Shown piece by piece: positions 1 to 13,187 of a DNA stretch of 64,000 nucleotides; the stretch's first letter is position 1; each line of letters starts with the position of its first letter. The DNA comes from Nemertoderma westbladi (Eukaryota > Animalia > Xenacoelomorpha): NCBI GenBank assembly GCA_032718475.1, contig JAUCBJ010008796.1, forward strand, positions 1-64,000. The letters are read 5' to 3'. The position numbers and the translations under genes are program-made. Under the pieces are notes generated by a model. That model made no database searches. It was not told the origin of the DNA and worked only from the letters and a program-made list of their open reading frames with translations.

Positions 1-454
1 AAAAGAGTTCTGATGTTGGGTAATATGTATAAAGGTATAATAGTCTGACAGTTGATATAATATAGTATGACACAATAGGTAATATATAATGGCGGTAGCG
101 GACGGTGACAGAAGTCCCCGTTCCACCCTACTGATCTGACTGAGTAAACTGAATAACTGACCGGTATGATTACTGGTAACTGGTTATATTGCACGGTGGC
201 CTTATTGCTACTCAATCGATGCCTTTCCCCCCTCTGATTGGTTGATACCCCTGTTGGCACCCTTTGCCCCCCTCTGAAGTGCTTCCCTTCGCCCTTGCTG
301 TTCTCTCTCTTGTCAGGGGAGTAACCCCTGACCCTTATTGTGTGTGTCTCCTTTGGGGCCTATTGTCCCCGTTTACTGGGCTGACAATAGGCTCCCAATA
401 TTGCTTTATGGCTCACTCTATGGGTTTGTGTTAGCGGAATTGGATAAGCTAACA
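1..454 (-). repeat. 3' LTR of element A (partial)
   Basis: Direct repeat of 6648-7101; begins TGTTAGC on the minus strand right after a purine tract. Confidence 0.95.
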
Positions 455-492
455 CTCCCCCCCATGCTATCTTCCCGGTGAGAAGATAGCAT
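455..492 (-). promoter_or_regulatory. Polypurine tract (GGGGGGGAG) preceded by an 11-bp hairpin
   Basis: PPT 455-463 abuts the LTR; ATGCTATCTTC 464-474 and GAAGATAGCAT 482-492 are reverse complements; same arrangement in B at 28708-28744. Confidence 0.8.
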
Positions 493-839
493 CCAACTCA
501 AGTGCGCTACAATTCCGCTGGATCCCGATCTATTATCGGGTGTGGGGTGGGTCTATTTTTTCGGAGTCGGCTTTCCAGGCCGCTCCCTATGGGTATGATG
601 TCACTACCCTCTGGCGTCTCGTGTCGGGCCGATCGTGCGCTTCTCTCACACAATTTTTGTTTCCCCAACACTCTCACCACTCTACTCCAACTCTCGCGTA
701 CTCCCGGACCTCCTCGTCCCACACTCTTCCTCTCACTTCTCCTCCCCCACACTTGAATTGCGCCCACGCTCTCTTCGCACTCCGCACTATTACCTCTCCA
801 CTCTCTTGTCACTCCCTAAGGCTTTAATCTCTAATGCTA

Positions 840-2740
840 CCCCTGTGCTATCATACTATCTACCTACTGCTTACTAACTCTAACTATCTAACTAACTCTG
901 CTAACTACTAACTCTTACTACTTCTAGCTCTAACTGAGAGCCTCTAACTTTCTACTGACTCTAACTCTCTACTAAGTCTAACTAACCCCTACTAACTTTC
1001 TACTTCTACTAACTCTACTTGACTCCTCTGAGTCTACCAACTCTGCTAACTAGCTCTACTAACTCTACTCCACTAGCTCTGCTAACTCTACTCCACTAGC
1101 TCTGCTAACTCTAAACTAGCTCTACTAACTCTACTCCACTCTTCTAACTACGTGGCGCTTGCGGTGCCCACAACCATTCTACTATCTGGCACCCTATGTG
1201 CCCTTCTACTACTCAACTACCTCTCTAGCTCTACTACCTGGCACCCTATGTGCCCTCTCTGCTCTACTCTACTAGCTGGCACCCTATGTGCCCTCTCTAC
1301 TACACTACCTCTTTAACTCTACTACCTGGCACCCTATGTGCCCGTCTGTACTCCTCTACACCCCCTTTACGTCTCATCGCCTACACGTGACGATCTGCTC
1401 TGCTCTACTCTACTATCTGGCACCCTGTGTGCCCTCTCTACTACACTACTACCTCTCTAACTTACTACCTGGCACCCTATGTGCCCGTCTCTACTCTTCT
1501 ACTCTCTGGCACCCTATGTGCCCGTCTCTACTCCTCTACATCCCCTTTACGTCTCATCGCCTACACGTGACGCTCTGAGTGCCGGCAGAGTGGGTACGTT
1601 AATTATGTGAACTACTACTGACTCTACTAACTCTCTTCTAACTCTACTAACTCTTTTTGTGCCCGGCACCTCTTGTGCACGGCACCTTCTAACTCTACTA
1701 ACTCTCTACATGGCGCTAACGGTGCCCACAACCACAACCGGTACTACGTACCCTCTTACTAACTCTACCTCTATCTACGTGGCGCTAACGGTGCCCACAA
1801 CCACAACCGGTACTACTACGTACCCTCTTACTAACCTCTAACTCCCACTAACTCTAATTAACATACCCTGCTCTTACATCACACACATCATCACGCCCGT
1901 GCCCCACTAAGTTCAGCGCATTCCCTACTAACTCTAACTACGTGGCGCTTACGGTGCCCACAACCCTCTACTGCTACTACTAACACCCCTAACTAGCGGT
2001 ACTACGTACCCTCTTACTACTCTAGCTCTCTCTACTAGCTAGCGGTACTACGTACCCTCTTACTCTTACTAACTCTCTAACGGTACTACGTACCCCTTAA
2101 CTCCTACTCTCTAACGGTACTACGTACCCCTTAACTCCTACTCTCTAACGGTACTACGTACCCTCTAACTCTCTAACTATCGGTACTACGTACCCTCTAA
2201 CTCTAACTAACTAGCGGTACTTACGTACCCTCTATCTCTAACTAACTAGCGGTACTTACGTACCCTCTAACTCTCTTCTACTAGGTACTACGTACCTACT
2301 AACTCTCTAACTATCAGTACTACGTACCCTCTAACTCTAACTAGGTACTACGTACCTACTGACTCTCTAACTAACTCTAGGTACTACGTACCTACTAACT
2401 CTCTAACTCTAGGTACTACGTACCTACTAACTCTAACTCTAACTAGGTACTACGCACCTACTAACTCTTACTAACTCTAGGTACTACGTACCTACTAACT
2501 CTAACTCTGATTAGGTACTACGTACCTACTAACTCTAACTAACTCTAGGTACTACGTACCTACTAACTCTAACTCTGATTAGGTACTACGTACCTACTAA
2601 CTCTAACTAACTCTAGGTACTACGTACCTACTAACTCTCTAACTAGCGGTACTTACGTACCCTCTTTAACTAACTAACTAACTGACTAACTAACTAACTC
2701 TTACTACCTAACTTCTACCTACTCTATTATTTAATTATTT
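840..2740. repeat. Low-complexity array of short palindromic units inside element A
   Basis: Repeated GGCAC-cctat-GTGCC, CTACGTGGCGCTnnCGGTGCCCACAACC and (TA)GGTAC-tac-GTACC(TA) units separated by CTAACT-rich linkers. Confidence 0.85.
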
Positions 2741-2752
2741 TCTTAATTTTAA

Positions 2753-5700
2753 TTAAATAATTATTTTATATTTTGTGCGTGGGAAGGGCGTCTCGCCCTC
2801 ATTCCCACCCCCCTCAGTCCAAAACTTTGGACGACTAAAACCTCTCACGTGCCCCTTCTTCCAGTAGGCACTCTCCTGCTGCCCTCCTATACGTCCTCTA
2901 ACTCTTCGCCACACTCTCTTCGGTGCCACCTTTGCTGGCCTCCCCCTTCGTATGTGCGCTGGCATTAAGGCCCTCGACGACCCCCGCTCGTCCCTCGGTA
3001 TACGCGGTGTCTGCCCGTGCAATGCCCCCTCGCACTGTGTCCGTCCTGCGTGTGTATGCAACACGCCTCCTCCTACTTTCCCGACTCCCTTATGTTTGCT
3101 AATGGGCTTCTCTGCCCCTGGTCTAGTCCTTTCACATCCTCTCCCTTTCCAACACTCTCCGGATCTGTGTCCTTTTACCACACATCGATGACATAGTCCG
3201 TTTGCGTCTGTGTAGGCTACACGATCTCGTTTGGGCAACGCTTGCCAATACTTGCAACTCCTGGTCTTATGGGTTCCGTCCCGATGTAATTGACATTGGA
3301 ATCCTGGATTATAGCGTTTCCTGTATAGTCCTTCACGTATCGCGCTTAGGTTTATATGTACCGATTTAATGTTTTGGTTGTCTAGACTCGGCCTACTGGG
3401 TATATTGGGATTGTGTTTATTTTTGGTGTTATTTTCTTTCTGTCCCTGCCACGGTGTGGCCCTGCTACCACCTAACTGTGGACTAGCAGTCCCCTGTACG
3501 GCCGCGTGTGGTGTTGACTGTCCGCACGACCTGTTCTCGTCCAGGGAGTTCGATGTTCTCGCTCCTATCGGGGTATATTGTCGATATTGTGATGGGGGAA
3601 TGTCACCCTGTCCCCCCCCAGCCGGTATGTTTGGTACTGGGGTTGATGTTAATACATTGGGGCCCATACGTCTATCTCCAATAACTCCCCCCTCCCCTGG
3701 ATATATGTTATGTCCCTGTGTATTATTATAGTCATGCTGCTGTACCGATATAGGCCTACCTACCTCTCGCCTACCTACCGGTATGTACTCCGCGACTTCC
3801 GGGTTTAATCCCGTCGTTCGCGCTACCCCATCGCCTACTCTATCTCTCCCAGCATGGCCTATAATAGTATGTGCAGTAAGGCCTACAGTATGTCCTGCAG
3901 TCTGCATGTGCCCTTCCGAACCGAAGTTTATTCTTCGCGAATCTCGAATCTCCCCGCGACTACCGTACTCTCGATCGGCAGCTATATCCCGTCGGGAAGT
4001 TTCCCTCTCGATCCCCTCTCCTGTTCTCTTCTTCGTATTGGTACGTCCTGTACCCCTCTCCTGGCGTGCGGTGCGTTTCTCCGGGGCGACGGCAATCTCC
4101 CGAAGTTCGACCCCACTGGCTCCCTGACTCCATCTCTACTATCGACGGTCCGTTATCCGTCCTCGCACTCCTATCGTTCGTGGCGACACTTCTTCTACTA
4201 TCTTCTCTTCTTCTCTTTTCTGTGTAGTATTCCGGCTCGTGAGGTCTCTCGTCGACCTCCCGGTTAAACTCCACTGTTCTTCTTCCCTCTTCTGGTCGGG
4301 CTCGACGCTTCGTCTGCCCTCTCGCGACGTCAACCTGCCTCTCTCTGCTCGATCGCACGCCGCTGGGGATACTCGCAATCCCCCTATTACTCTCCGTCGC
4401 CGGGTGTTGCGGTTTACCTGATTCGGCCCGCGCATTATCCGCTGACGGCTGTGGGACACTCTCTGCCCCCCCTCTCTCTCTACTAATCTCTCGCGGTGGG
4501 GTGCCCGTAGCCCCCCCCCACCCGCCACTTCTAACTTCACTATCTCTTACTACACTTCTGCACCCCTCTTGTGGGGCATTCTCTGCCCCCCCTCTCTCGC
4601 CACTAATCTTATGTGGTGGGGCGCCCGTAGCCCCCCCCCACCCGCCACATCTAACTTCACTATCTCTTACTTCGTCTCTACACCCCTCTCTAGTCGACGC
4701 ACTGTCTCTACTACGGCTGGGTCTATTCACCCCCGCCTCTCTCTCTACTACTGCGTGGCCCATCAGGCCCACTTCGGGTTGGCTCAACCCCGCTACCTCC
4801 TGCCTACCAACTACGTGGCCTACCAGGCCGCCGTCGGGTTGGCTCAACCCTGCCACTTCCTGCCTACTAACTACGTGGCCTACCAGGCCCCCGTCTGCCG
4901 GGTTATGTACGTCCGACACGCTCATATTAATAGCACCATTCCCAATATTATTTGTTAAATCAATTAAATTATTAGAATTTGAAACGGGATTATTATTTAA
5001 ATTATTTAAATTACTTAGATCACTACTATTCTCTAAACTTAAATTATTATTCGAATTATTTTGCGGGTTTGAATTGAAATTATTATTTAGAATATTTGTA
5101 TTTAAATTTAAATTACTACTACCCGGTAAAATATTATTTCCTGTAATAAAGGGATTAGGGTTATTTACTACGGTACTATTAATATTAACTACTTCTGACG
5201 TACTACTACTACCCCCCCCCGCCCGTACGGCTACACCAGTTCTGGTTCTCTCGCCCGGTGCCTGTAAGTGGGGTCTCACTCTCTGACATTTCCAACCGCG
5301 CCAGTTCTAGTCGGCGCCGTTCTAAGTTTGGCTTGATATTGCGCAAGCCTCCCTATCCAGGCACGCAAATTATCCCGCCTGCGCTCATCCTCTATCCCCA
5401 TCTCTCGCATATTCTGCTCGGTCAACTCTGCCCCTCTCGCAAGCATCTCAAACTGCTCGCTCTCTACACCCATCTCTAGCTCTCTACACTCCTTGGCCCT
5501 CTCTCTATACTCCTCGGCCTTCTCTCTACACTCCCTCTCCAACTCTACAGCCTCCTCTGAGAGTGTGGTTTCCCTTCTCAATTGCCACTCTAACCATTCC
5601 TGCTTACTCGCAGCCGTTTCTAATTTATACTCTATGCGTTCACTCTGTCGCACCCGTCTTTCTTTTACGGAGGATGTAGCAGACTTATCGGTTGCGACGG

Positions 5701-6430
5701 ACTCCCGTCGCCCCTCCGTCCCACTAACTTTCCCCCGCTTCCCGGAACTTCCTCCGACCGACGAGACCGAATCCTCGAAATTAACCTCGGATTCGCCCTC
5801 CCCAGGTCTTCTAACTCTTACTTTCACTCCCCGGGCATCGACTAAGTATGGCCCTACGTACACTACGCTAGGTTCCATACCCCCACATTCCCATAGTTCA
5901 ATCAGTTCGTTGACAACTCCCCTCGTCCTCTCCTCGGCTAATTCTCTCTGCCCAAAACACACTAGGTGATCAAAGTATCTGTTCGACTCACCTAGTCCTT
6001 TCCTCAGTCTCAGCTCGTCTACCTTCGCACCCTCCTTGGCCTCTCTCAGTTGCTCCCGGGTCGCGAGGTAGGCCCGTCGAAGTCGATCAGAAACCCCGAC
6101 GTCCTCGTCGCCGACCTCTCCTCCGTCTCTCCGGGTCCGACGTCGTACCGACGGCCCCACCGTCGCCGTTCCGGTGGACCGTTCGTCGTCCTCGGCCTGT
6201 GGCTGGCCGGTGACATCGGTATCGTCGACCCTCGCTCCGCGTCGACTCGTCTTTCTCTTCTCCTCCCTTCTCGTCTCCTCTCCCTCGACTCGCTCTCTCG
6301 GTTGTAGACGACCCCCCACATCTTGGTTCGCCGGGTTGCTCGTTGTCGACGTGGCGTCAACCTGCGTCGACGTGGTCGGCGTAGCATCGACCGGCGTCGT
6401 GGGTTCGTATCGTCTCGCCGTGGCCTCGCG
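2753..6430 (-). pseudogene. gag: Frameshifted, internally deleted BEL/Pao gag of element A
   Basis: ORF pieces 5276-6319, 3960-5279 and 2753-3907; CQLHRDGTHKTRSC...LCHRCVVKGHRSGEC knuckles; collinear with element B ORFs (YVGPYLVDARG, QTAGHTVGLTAH). Confidence 0.8.
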
Positions 6431-6562
6431 GATCGTTAGATCGTCGTCCGGGGTCCGCGGCGGTGTCGTTCCTCTCTCTCGCTCATCGTCGTCTTTGGTG
6501 AGCTGGTCAGTCGCAGCTGGACGGTATCTATTCTATCACTGTCAGGGCAGCTGGGCGGATCT

Positions 6563-6573
6563 AGTTCTGTCAC
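6563..6573 (-). promoter_or_regulatory. Non-tRNA primer-binding site of A (GTGACAGAACT)
   Basis: Directly follows the LTR-terminal CA on the minus strand; 9/9 (10/11) complementary to LTR segment 6752-6762. Confidence 0.65.
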
Positions 6574-7101
6574 TGTGACGGGATCTACGGATCCCGGTTT
6601 ATCCGTTTGGGTTTTCTGCCCACGCGTCCCCGCCGTGTGTGAAAGGTAAAAGAGTTCTGATGTTGGGTAATATGTATAAAGGTATAATAGTCTGACAGTT
6701 GATATAATATAGTATGACACAATAGGTAATATATAATGGCGGTAGCGGACGGTGACAGAAGTCCCCGTTCCACCCTACTGATCTGACTGAGTAAACTGAA
6801 TAACTGACCGGTATGATTACTGGTAACTGGTTATATTGCACGGTGGCCTTATTGCTACTCAATCGATGCCTTTCCCCCCTCTGATTGGTTGATACCCCTG
6901 TTGGCACCCTTTGCCCCCCTCTGAAGTGCTTCCCTTCGCCCTTGCTGTTCTCTCTCTTGTCAGGGGAGTAACCCCTGACCCTTATTGTGTGTGTCTCCTT
7001 TGGGGCCTATTGTCCCCGTTTACTGGGCTGACAATAGGCTCCCAATATTGCTTTATGGCTCACTCTATGGGTTTGTGTTAGCGGAATTGGATAAGCTAAC
7101 A
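6574..7101 (-). repeat. 5' LTR of element A (528 bp)
   Basis: Minus strand TGTTAGC...GATCCCGTCACA; the end at 6574 is inferred from the same terminal 12-mer in the TSD-defined LTRs of B. Confidence 0.9.
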
Positions 7102-8250
7102 TTATTACTAGTATTAGTATTACTAGTATTATTATTACTAGTATTAGTATTAGTATTAGTATTACTAGTATTAGTATTAGTATTAGTATTACTAGTATTA
7201 GTATTAGTATTCCTAGTATTAGTATTCCTAGTATTAGTATTAGTATTACTAGTATTATTATTACTAGTATTAGTATTCCTAGTATTAGTATTAGTATTAC
7301 TAGTATTAGTATTAGTATTCGTGTTACTAGTATTAGTATTATTAGTATTAGTATTCCTAGTATTAGTATTACTAGTATTATTATTACTAGTATTATTATT
7401 ACTAGTTTTATTATTACTAGTATTAGTATTACTAGTATTAGTATTAGTATTCGTGTTACTAGTATTAGTATTACTAGTATTAGTATTCCTAGTATTAGTA
7501 TTACTAGTATTATTATTACTAGTATTATTATTACTAGTATTAGTATTACTAGTATTAGTATTACTAGTATTAGTATTCCTAGTATTAGTATTAGTATTAC
7601 TAGTATTAGTATTCGTGTTACTAGTATTAGTATTACTAGTATTAGTATTCCTAGTATTAGTATTCCTAGTATTAGTATTACTAGTATTAGTATTACTAGT
7701 ATTAGTATTAGTATTAGTATTAGTATTAGTATTACTAGTATTATTATTACTAGTATTAGTATTACTAGTATTAGTATTCGTGTTACTAGTATTAGTATTA
7801 CTAGTATTAGTATTACTAGTATTATTATTACTAGTATTAGAATTACTAGTATTAGTATTACTAGTATTATTATTAGTATTACTAGTATTAGTATTAGTAT
7901 TACTAGTATTAGTATTATTATTATTAGTATTAGTATTAGTGTTACTAGTATTAGTATTCGTGTTACTAGTATTAGTATTACTAGTATTAGTATTCCTAGT
8001 ATTAGTATTACTAGTATTAGTATTCGTGTTACTAGTATTAGTATTACTAGTATTAGTATTACTAGTATTAGTATTACTAGTACTATTATTACTAGTATTA
8101 GTAGTACTAGTATTAGTATTAGTATTACTAGTTAGTATTAGTATTACTAGTATTAGTATTACTAGTATTGGTATTACTAGTATTAGTATTCCTAGTATTA
8201 GTATTGCTAGTATTATTATTACTAGTATTAGTAGTACTAGTATTACTAGT
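7102..8250. repeat. Degenerate (TAGTAT)/(TAGTATTAC) microsatellite
   Basis: Visible 6/9-bp periodicity. Confidence 0.97.
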
Positions 8251-8573
8251 TTAGTGAAATTTACATCCCCGCTGCTGGTTCTTGAGGGTGAAGCAAATTT
8301 ATTTCAACCTACTCTTTGGCCAACCAACTCTTTGGAAGTCATTAAATAGGCAAAAGTATAAGCAGAAATTACACATTAACAGAAAAAGCTATCAAAAAAG
8401 CATTGGCTTGGGGAATGTCCAAAACTTTTGGTTTCCATTGAATGTCGAAAGTTTATACAGTATACGCAATTAAAGATGATAAAACTTAAACATTTATGTT
8501 GCTCAATCAACAGCGAATTTTTTAAAAGACCAGCACTTTGAGTAAAACATAGAATAAATAAATGTATTTCTCT

Positions 8574-9933
8574 TTGGTGATGGCTACTTAAGGGAGGGTT
8601 GTTCCATGGTCCTTGTTTAATGGCTGGTGATTGCTACTTACGGGAGGGTTGTTCCATGGTCCTTGTATAATGGCTGGTGATTGCTACTTACGGGAGGGTT
8701 GTTCCATGGTCCTTGTTTAATGGCTGGTGATTGCTACTTACGGGAGGGTTGTTCCATGGTCCTTGTTTAATGGCTGGTGATTGCTACTTACGGGAGGGTT
8801 GTTCCATGGTCCTTGTTTAATGCCTGATGACTGCTACTTACGGGAGGGTTGTTCCATGGTCCTTGTTTAATGGCTGGTGATTGCTACTTACGGGAGGGTT
8901 GTTCCATGGTCCTTGTTTGATGGCTGGTGATTACTACTTACGGGAGGGTTGTTCCATGGTCCTTGTTTAATGCCTGGTGATTGCTACTTACGGGAGGGTT
9001 GTTCCATGGTCCTTGTTTAATGCCTGGTGATTGCTACTTACGGAAGGGTTGTTCCATGGTCCTTGTTTAATGGCTGGTGATTGCTACTTACGGGAGGGTT
9101 GTTCCATGGTCCTTGTTTAATGGCTGGTGATTGCTACTTATAGGGGAGGGTTGTTCCATGGTCCTTGTTTAATGGCTGGTGATTGCTACTTACGGGAGGG
9201 TTGTTCCATGGTCCTTGTTTTATGGCTGGTGATTGCTACTTACGGGAGGGTTGTTCCATGGTCCTTGTATAATGGCTGGTGATTGCTACTTACGGGAGGG
9301 TTGTTCCATGGTCCTTGTTCAATGGCTGGTGATTGCTACTTACGGGAGGGTTGTTCCATGGTCCTTGTTTAATGCCTGGTGATTGCTACTTACGGGAGGG
9401 TTGTTCCATGGTCCTTGTTTAATGGCTGGTGATTGCTACTTACGGGAGGGTTGTTCCATGGTCCTTGTTTTATGGCTGGTGATTGCTACTTACGGGAGGG
9501 TTGTTCCATGGTCCTTGTATAATGGCTGGTGATTGCTACTTACGGGAGGGTTGTTCCATGGTCCTTGTTTAATGGCTGGTGATTGCTACTTACGGGAGGG
9601 TTGTTCCATGGTCCTTGTTTAATGCCTGGTGATCGCTACTTACGGGAGGGTTGTTCCATGGTCCTTGTTTAATGGCTGGTGATTGCTACTTACGGGAGGG
9701 TTGTTCCATGGTCCTTGTTTTATGGCTGGTGATTGCTACTTACGGGAGGGTTGTTCCATGGTCCTTGTTTAATGGCTGGTGATTGCTACTTACGGGAGGG
9801 TTGTTCCATGGTCCTTGTTTAATGGCTGGTGATTGCTACTTACGGGAGGATTGTTCCATGGTCCTTGTATAATGGCTGGTGATTACTACTTACGGGAGGG
9901 TTGTTCCATGGTCCTTGTTTAATGGCTGGTGAT
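8574..9933. repeat. 50-bp minisatellite, about 27 copies
   Basis: Unit TGGCTGGTGATTGCTACTTACGGGAGGGTTGTTCCATGGTCCTTGTTTAA repeated head to tail. Confidence 0.97.
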
Positions 9934-10689
9934 TTCATTTCCAATGTCAGTTTTCACATTTGATGGCTTACAAATTTTCTATTTGTTTATCAGGGTGTAC
10001 GCTATATTTTGACGAACAAATGGACACCGACAGGCATACACACAGATAAGATACCGCCACTGACATCAGAAATGAAATCACCGGACAAGGAAAATCCATG
10101 ACGTAGGGAACTTTTTAGGCAATGTGCTTTGTAATTTTTTGACGGACAGATAGTCAGACATCCAAGAAGAGATATTGCTGTACTGATGCACATAAATTAG
10201 ATTTAAATGTAAAACAAAAGTAACACAAATTACAGTCAGTAGAAGTGTAACAGTTTGCTATAACCAATACTATTACCACCAATTACAGCGATTTTATTGG
10301 CAGTAGCCACAGGAACAGCTGTAACCACTGTAAAGTTTGTCTGAAGTAGAATCTTTAATATGTAAATGTCTGTCGCTATACCTCCCTGCTATTGCAATAT
10401 CTCATCCATGAGTAACTGTAACACAACATACACCTGTAGTAACACGAGGAAACTTGTAGCAAAGGTGATTGTGTAATCTATAGTTAGACAGTCGTGTACA
10501 GAAGGAATTTCCAAACTTAAGATTAACCTGCACTACAATATGAATTCCTCACTATACTCCTCGAACTCTACCTAAATACGCCGAAACTTTGTTAAATACG
10601 ACCCAAATATCACACAGATCATTATGCAAAAACAATAACAAATACACCAAACAATGTACGTACCGGTATAAAGGTATTGTCTAACATAA

Positions 10690-11170
10690 CATATAGGATT
10701 ACCCCTAAAGCTTCGCAGCTTATTTCCAAGGGGGTCCTTTATGTTACTTGGTTACAAATACAATATTACACTACGCTAACCTAAAACCAATATAAAACGT
10801 AATTACACTATGTACATGTACAACTTTACCGAGAGCGTGACAATGCCCGACTCAACGATAAAGATGTAATGTACAGAACAATTTATTATAAAACGTAATT
10901 ACAGTATAAATAGTAAATAATTAATAAACTAATAACTTACTGTAGGACTATTGTACCTATTTTTACATTGCACACGGAGGTGAGATTTAACGGCAGATTT
11001 AAAAGAATGTTGATTGTCTAGGTTTTTTATTTCACCAGGCAGAGCGTTACAGTTTTTAATACCGTTAAAAAAATGGAAGCTGAAGTAAATCTTTATTGAA
11101 AGATGAAAGAGAACAAAATATTAATAGACAAGGAAATTTTTATGATTATTGGACGTACTGGTCAGTTTAT
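10690..11170 (-). mobile_element. 3' end of a Crack/L2-group LINE (degenerate)
   Basis: Minus-strand translation FFNGIKNCNALPGEIKNLDNQHSFKSAVK resembles the WNxLP...FK C-terminus; 3' stem-loop GGACCCCCTTGGAAATAAG...TAGGGGTAATCC near 10696-10738. Confidence 0.55.
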
Positions 11171-13055
11171 ATGGCAGCTTTAAGACTCTGGAACGACTAT
11201 GTGGAATTACATGGAATAGACTTCCAAAATACATAATCTCCAGTTCCAGTTGTCATAGGAAGTTCATTTTAGGCTCATTCGAATAATCTTTTCGCAGAGA
11301 ACAAACTTACCATTTGGCTTGCAAACATTTTAACAGTGGGTGACTGACCAATCATAACTTTTTAAGAAAATTTGCACAGCATGTTTTATTATTTCCCCCC
11401 ATCTAATGTTATGATGCATCACAACCCGTCGTCATCCTATATCAAATGGTAACTTTGTTCTCTGAAAAAAGAGCTTTCAAATGAGCATTAAATGAACTTC
11501 CTACGACCACTAGACTGTAGATAATATTGGGTAGGGCTTTTTAGTATATAAACTGATATTCTGGGTTTCATTTTTCACTAGCCCACGGAACCCCAGCCAA
11601 GCAGAAGGATTTTTTTGATATTATTATTTATGCGGCATAGTTTGTGCAATTGATATTGCGGTTGAGTTTCGGATTATTATGCCTTAATTATTTATATTGT
11701 ATTGAATTATATACGTTTTTACTGATTGTAATTATTATTTATACGTATTGTAAATAAGTACGTAAATATAAGGAACTTATTGATTGTTTCATAACTTTAT
11801 TTTATTGCCGCACCATTATTTATTTTACCCACATTTATACCATCTCACTGTATCTGTTGTATCTATATCTCTATATGTTCAATCAGTGTAGACGATTTGA
11901 CCCTGTTTTTCAGCCGATCTCGCTGGCAATTCTGTAGTCTCCATGTCCCCATCCAAACCAAAGTGTGGCTCTATAAACATCACCCTTCCCCTCAACCCCC
12001 GCAAAGAATCCTCTGAAGTTCACACCACGTGATGTCGCAGGTTGTAGGCATGTTTTAGTGCGAACACTACATACAGTATGTCAAATTGTTCGAAACTTGA
12101 AAAACGTGGTGTACAAGGCTCCGTCCGTAGTCATGTATATTGTAGTCCTGCAGTTGGTATGTATCATTTAATGTTATGGTTACAAAAGCCTGTCTAACCT
12201 GCTCTTTCTTATTTGTAATGATAGCTTAGCGTTTATTGTTTTGGTTAAAAACCTACTTAATAACCTCCCTAATAACCTGTTCCTATCCCTCAACTGTTAA
12301 TCTCCTTGTTTTTTTTTTAGAAAATCCTGCTTAGTTTTTCATATTTAATGACTTCTAGTCTAAACAGATAGATTAATATTGGGATGAAATAAAATATTTA
12401 CATCGCCCTCTACTGGCCACCAATGAAAATGCTCAATTTGCAATAGAGCAATGTCATAAACTGGATGATCCTCCCAGCAATAGAAGTGACTATGTGGTGT
12501 GAAGGACATTCGCTCATTGCTTGCATGTGTAGCATATCCAATATCTACCCTTTTTGATTTTCTGGTATAGCCTATATACCATCAAGGAACCCAACAGTAC
12601 GAGCCTAGCAAGGACTCCCATAAAGCGGCAAATGAAGTGCAAATGCAGTGGGGAAGAGTCCCACATTTAAGGTGGTACTCAAGACTCAACTCAACAAGGT
12701 CTGAGTTACAGATCCTGGGCAGCTGTAGACCACACTTTCCATTTGCGGATGTGGAGGTCCTCTGCCATGACCTTAAATAACAAATATTTCCAACATAACC
12801 TACAGATTATACTTACAGAAGTAATGTTATATTTATTATATTAAGCAAAATGTTGGTCAGAATCAATGTTCACTGTCAGGATTTTGGTCTACTGGCTATT
12901 CAAAAAAAATACTTCGGAGTCAAGGCAGCTTGTAAACTGTGACCACAGCTGTTGAGCTCCCTTCAATTTCTGTAATAAGAAGAAAAATAAAAATTCAGAA
13001 ATCTGTAACATGTTGTATTAGTAATCAAATAATAACTATTAATCTTTGTTGGCAG

Positions 13056-13187
13056 ACTGGATGTACAAAGCCAACGCCGTGTGACCCAAATGAACCCAAT
13101 TGTGCAATTGCAACAACAATCCCAGGTCAATGGAGTACATGGGGAGATTTTACAACGTGCACATCATTATGTGCCGGAGGAGTGAAG
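13056..13187 (+). CDS. Host gene exon: Cys-rich segment and first half of a thrombospondin type-1 repeat
   Basis: cag|ACT...AAG|gtaagc, phase 0-0; encodes GQWSTWGDFTTCTSLCAGGVK. Confidence 0.9.

Larger units (their letters stand above)
1..7101 (-). mobile_element. Non-autonomous BEL/Pao LTR retrotransposon A (gag remnants only, no pol); 3' LTR cut by the window start
   Basis: 1-454 matches 6648-7101 with no difference seen; LTR reads TG...CA on the minus strand; PPT at 455-463; BEL-type Cys/His knuckles in ORF 2753-3907; homologous to element B. Confidence 0.9.

Noticed and set aside
1990-2665. Palindromic repeats with variable spacers as a CRISPR-like array
   Set aside because: Spacers are low-complexity CTAACT variants, not acquired sequence
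4501-6578. Long + strand ORFs antisense to gag of A, and similar ones in B and C
   Set aside because: Shadow frames of purine-skewed coding sequence with no motifs
6985-8349. 454-aa Leu/Val-rich ORF
   Set aside because: Translation artefact of the TAGTAT microsatellite
8574-9933. Possible CRISPR array
   Set aside because: Head-to-tail units with no unique spacers, eukaryotic context, no cas genes
12880-12935. Possible extra upstream host exon (GFWSTGYS...)
   Set aside because: Weak donor and phase not clearly compatible with 13056
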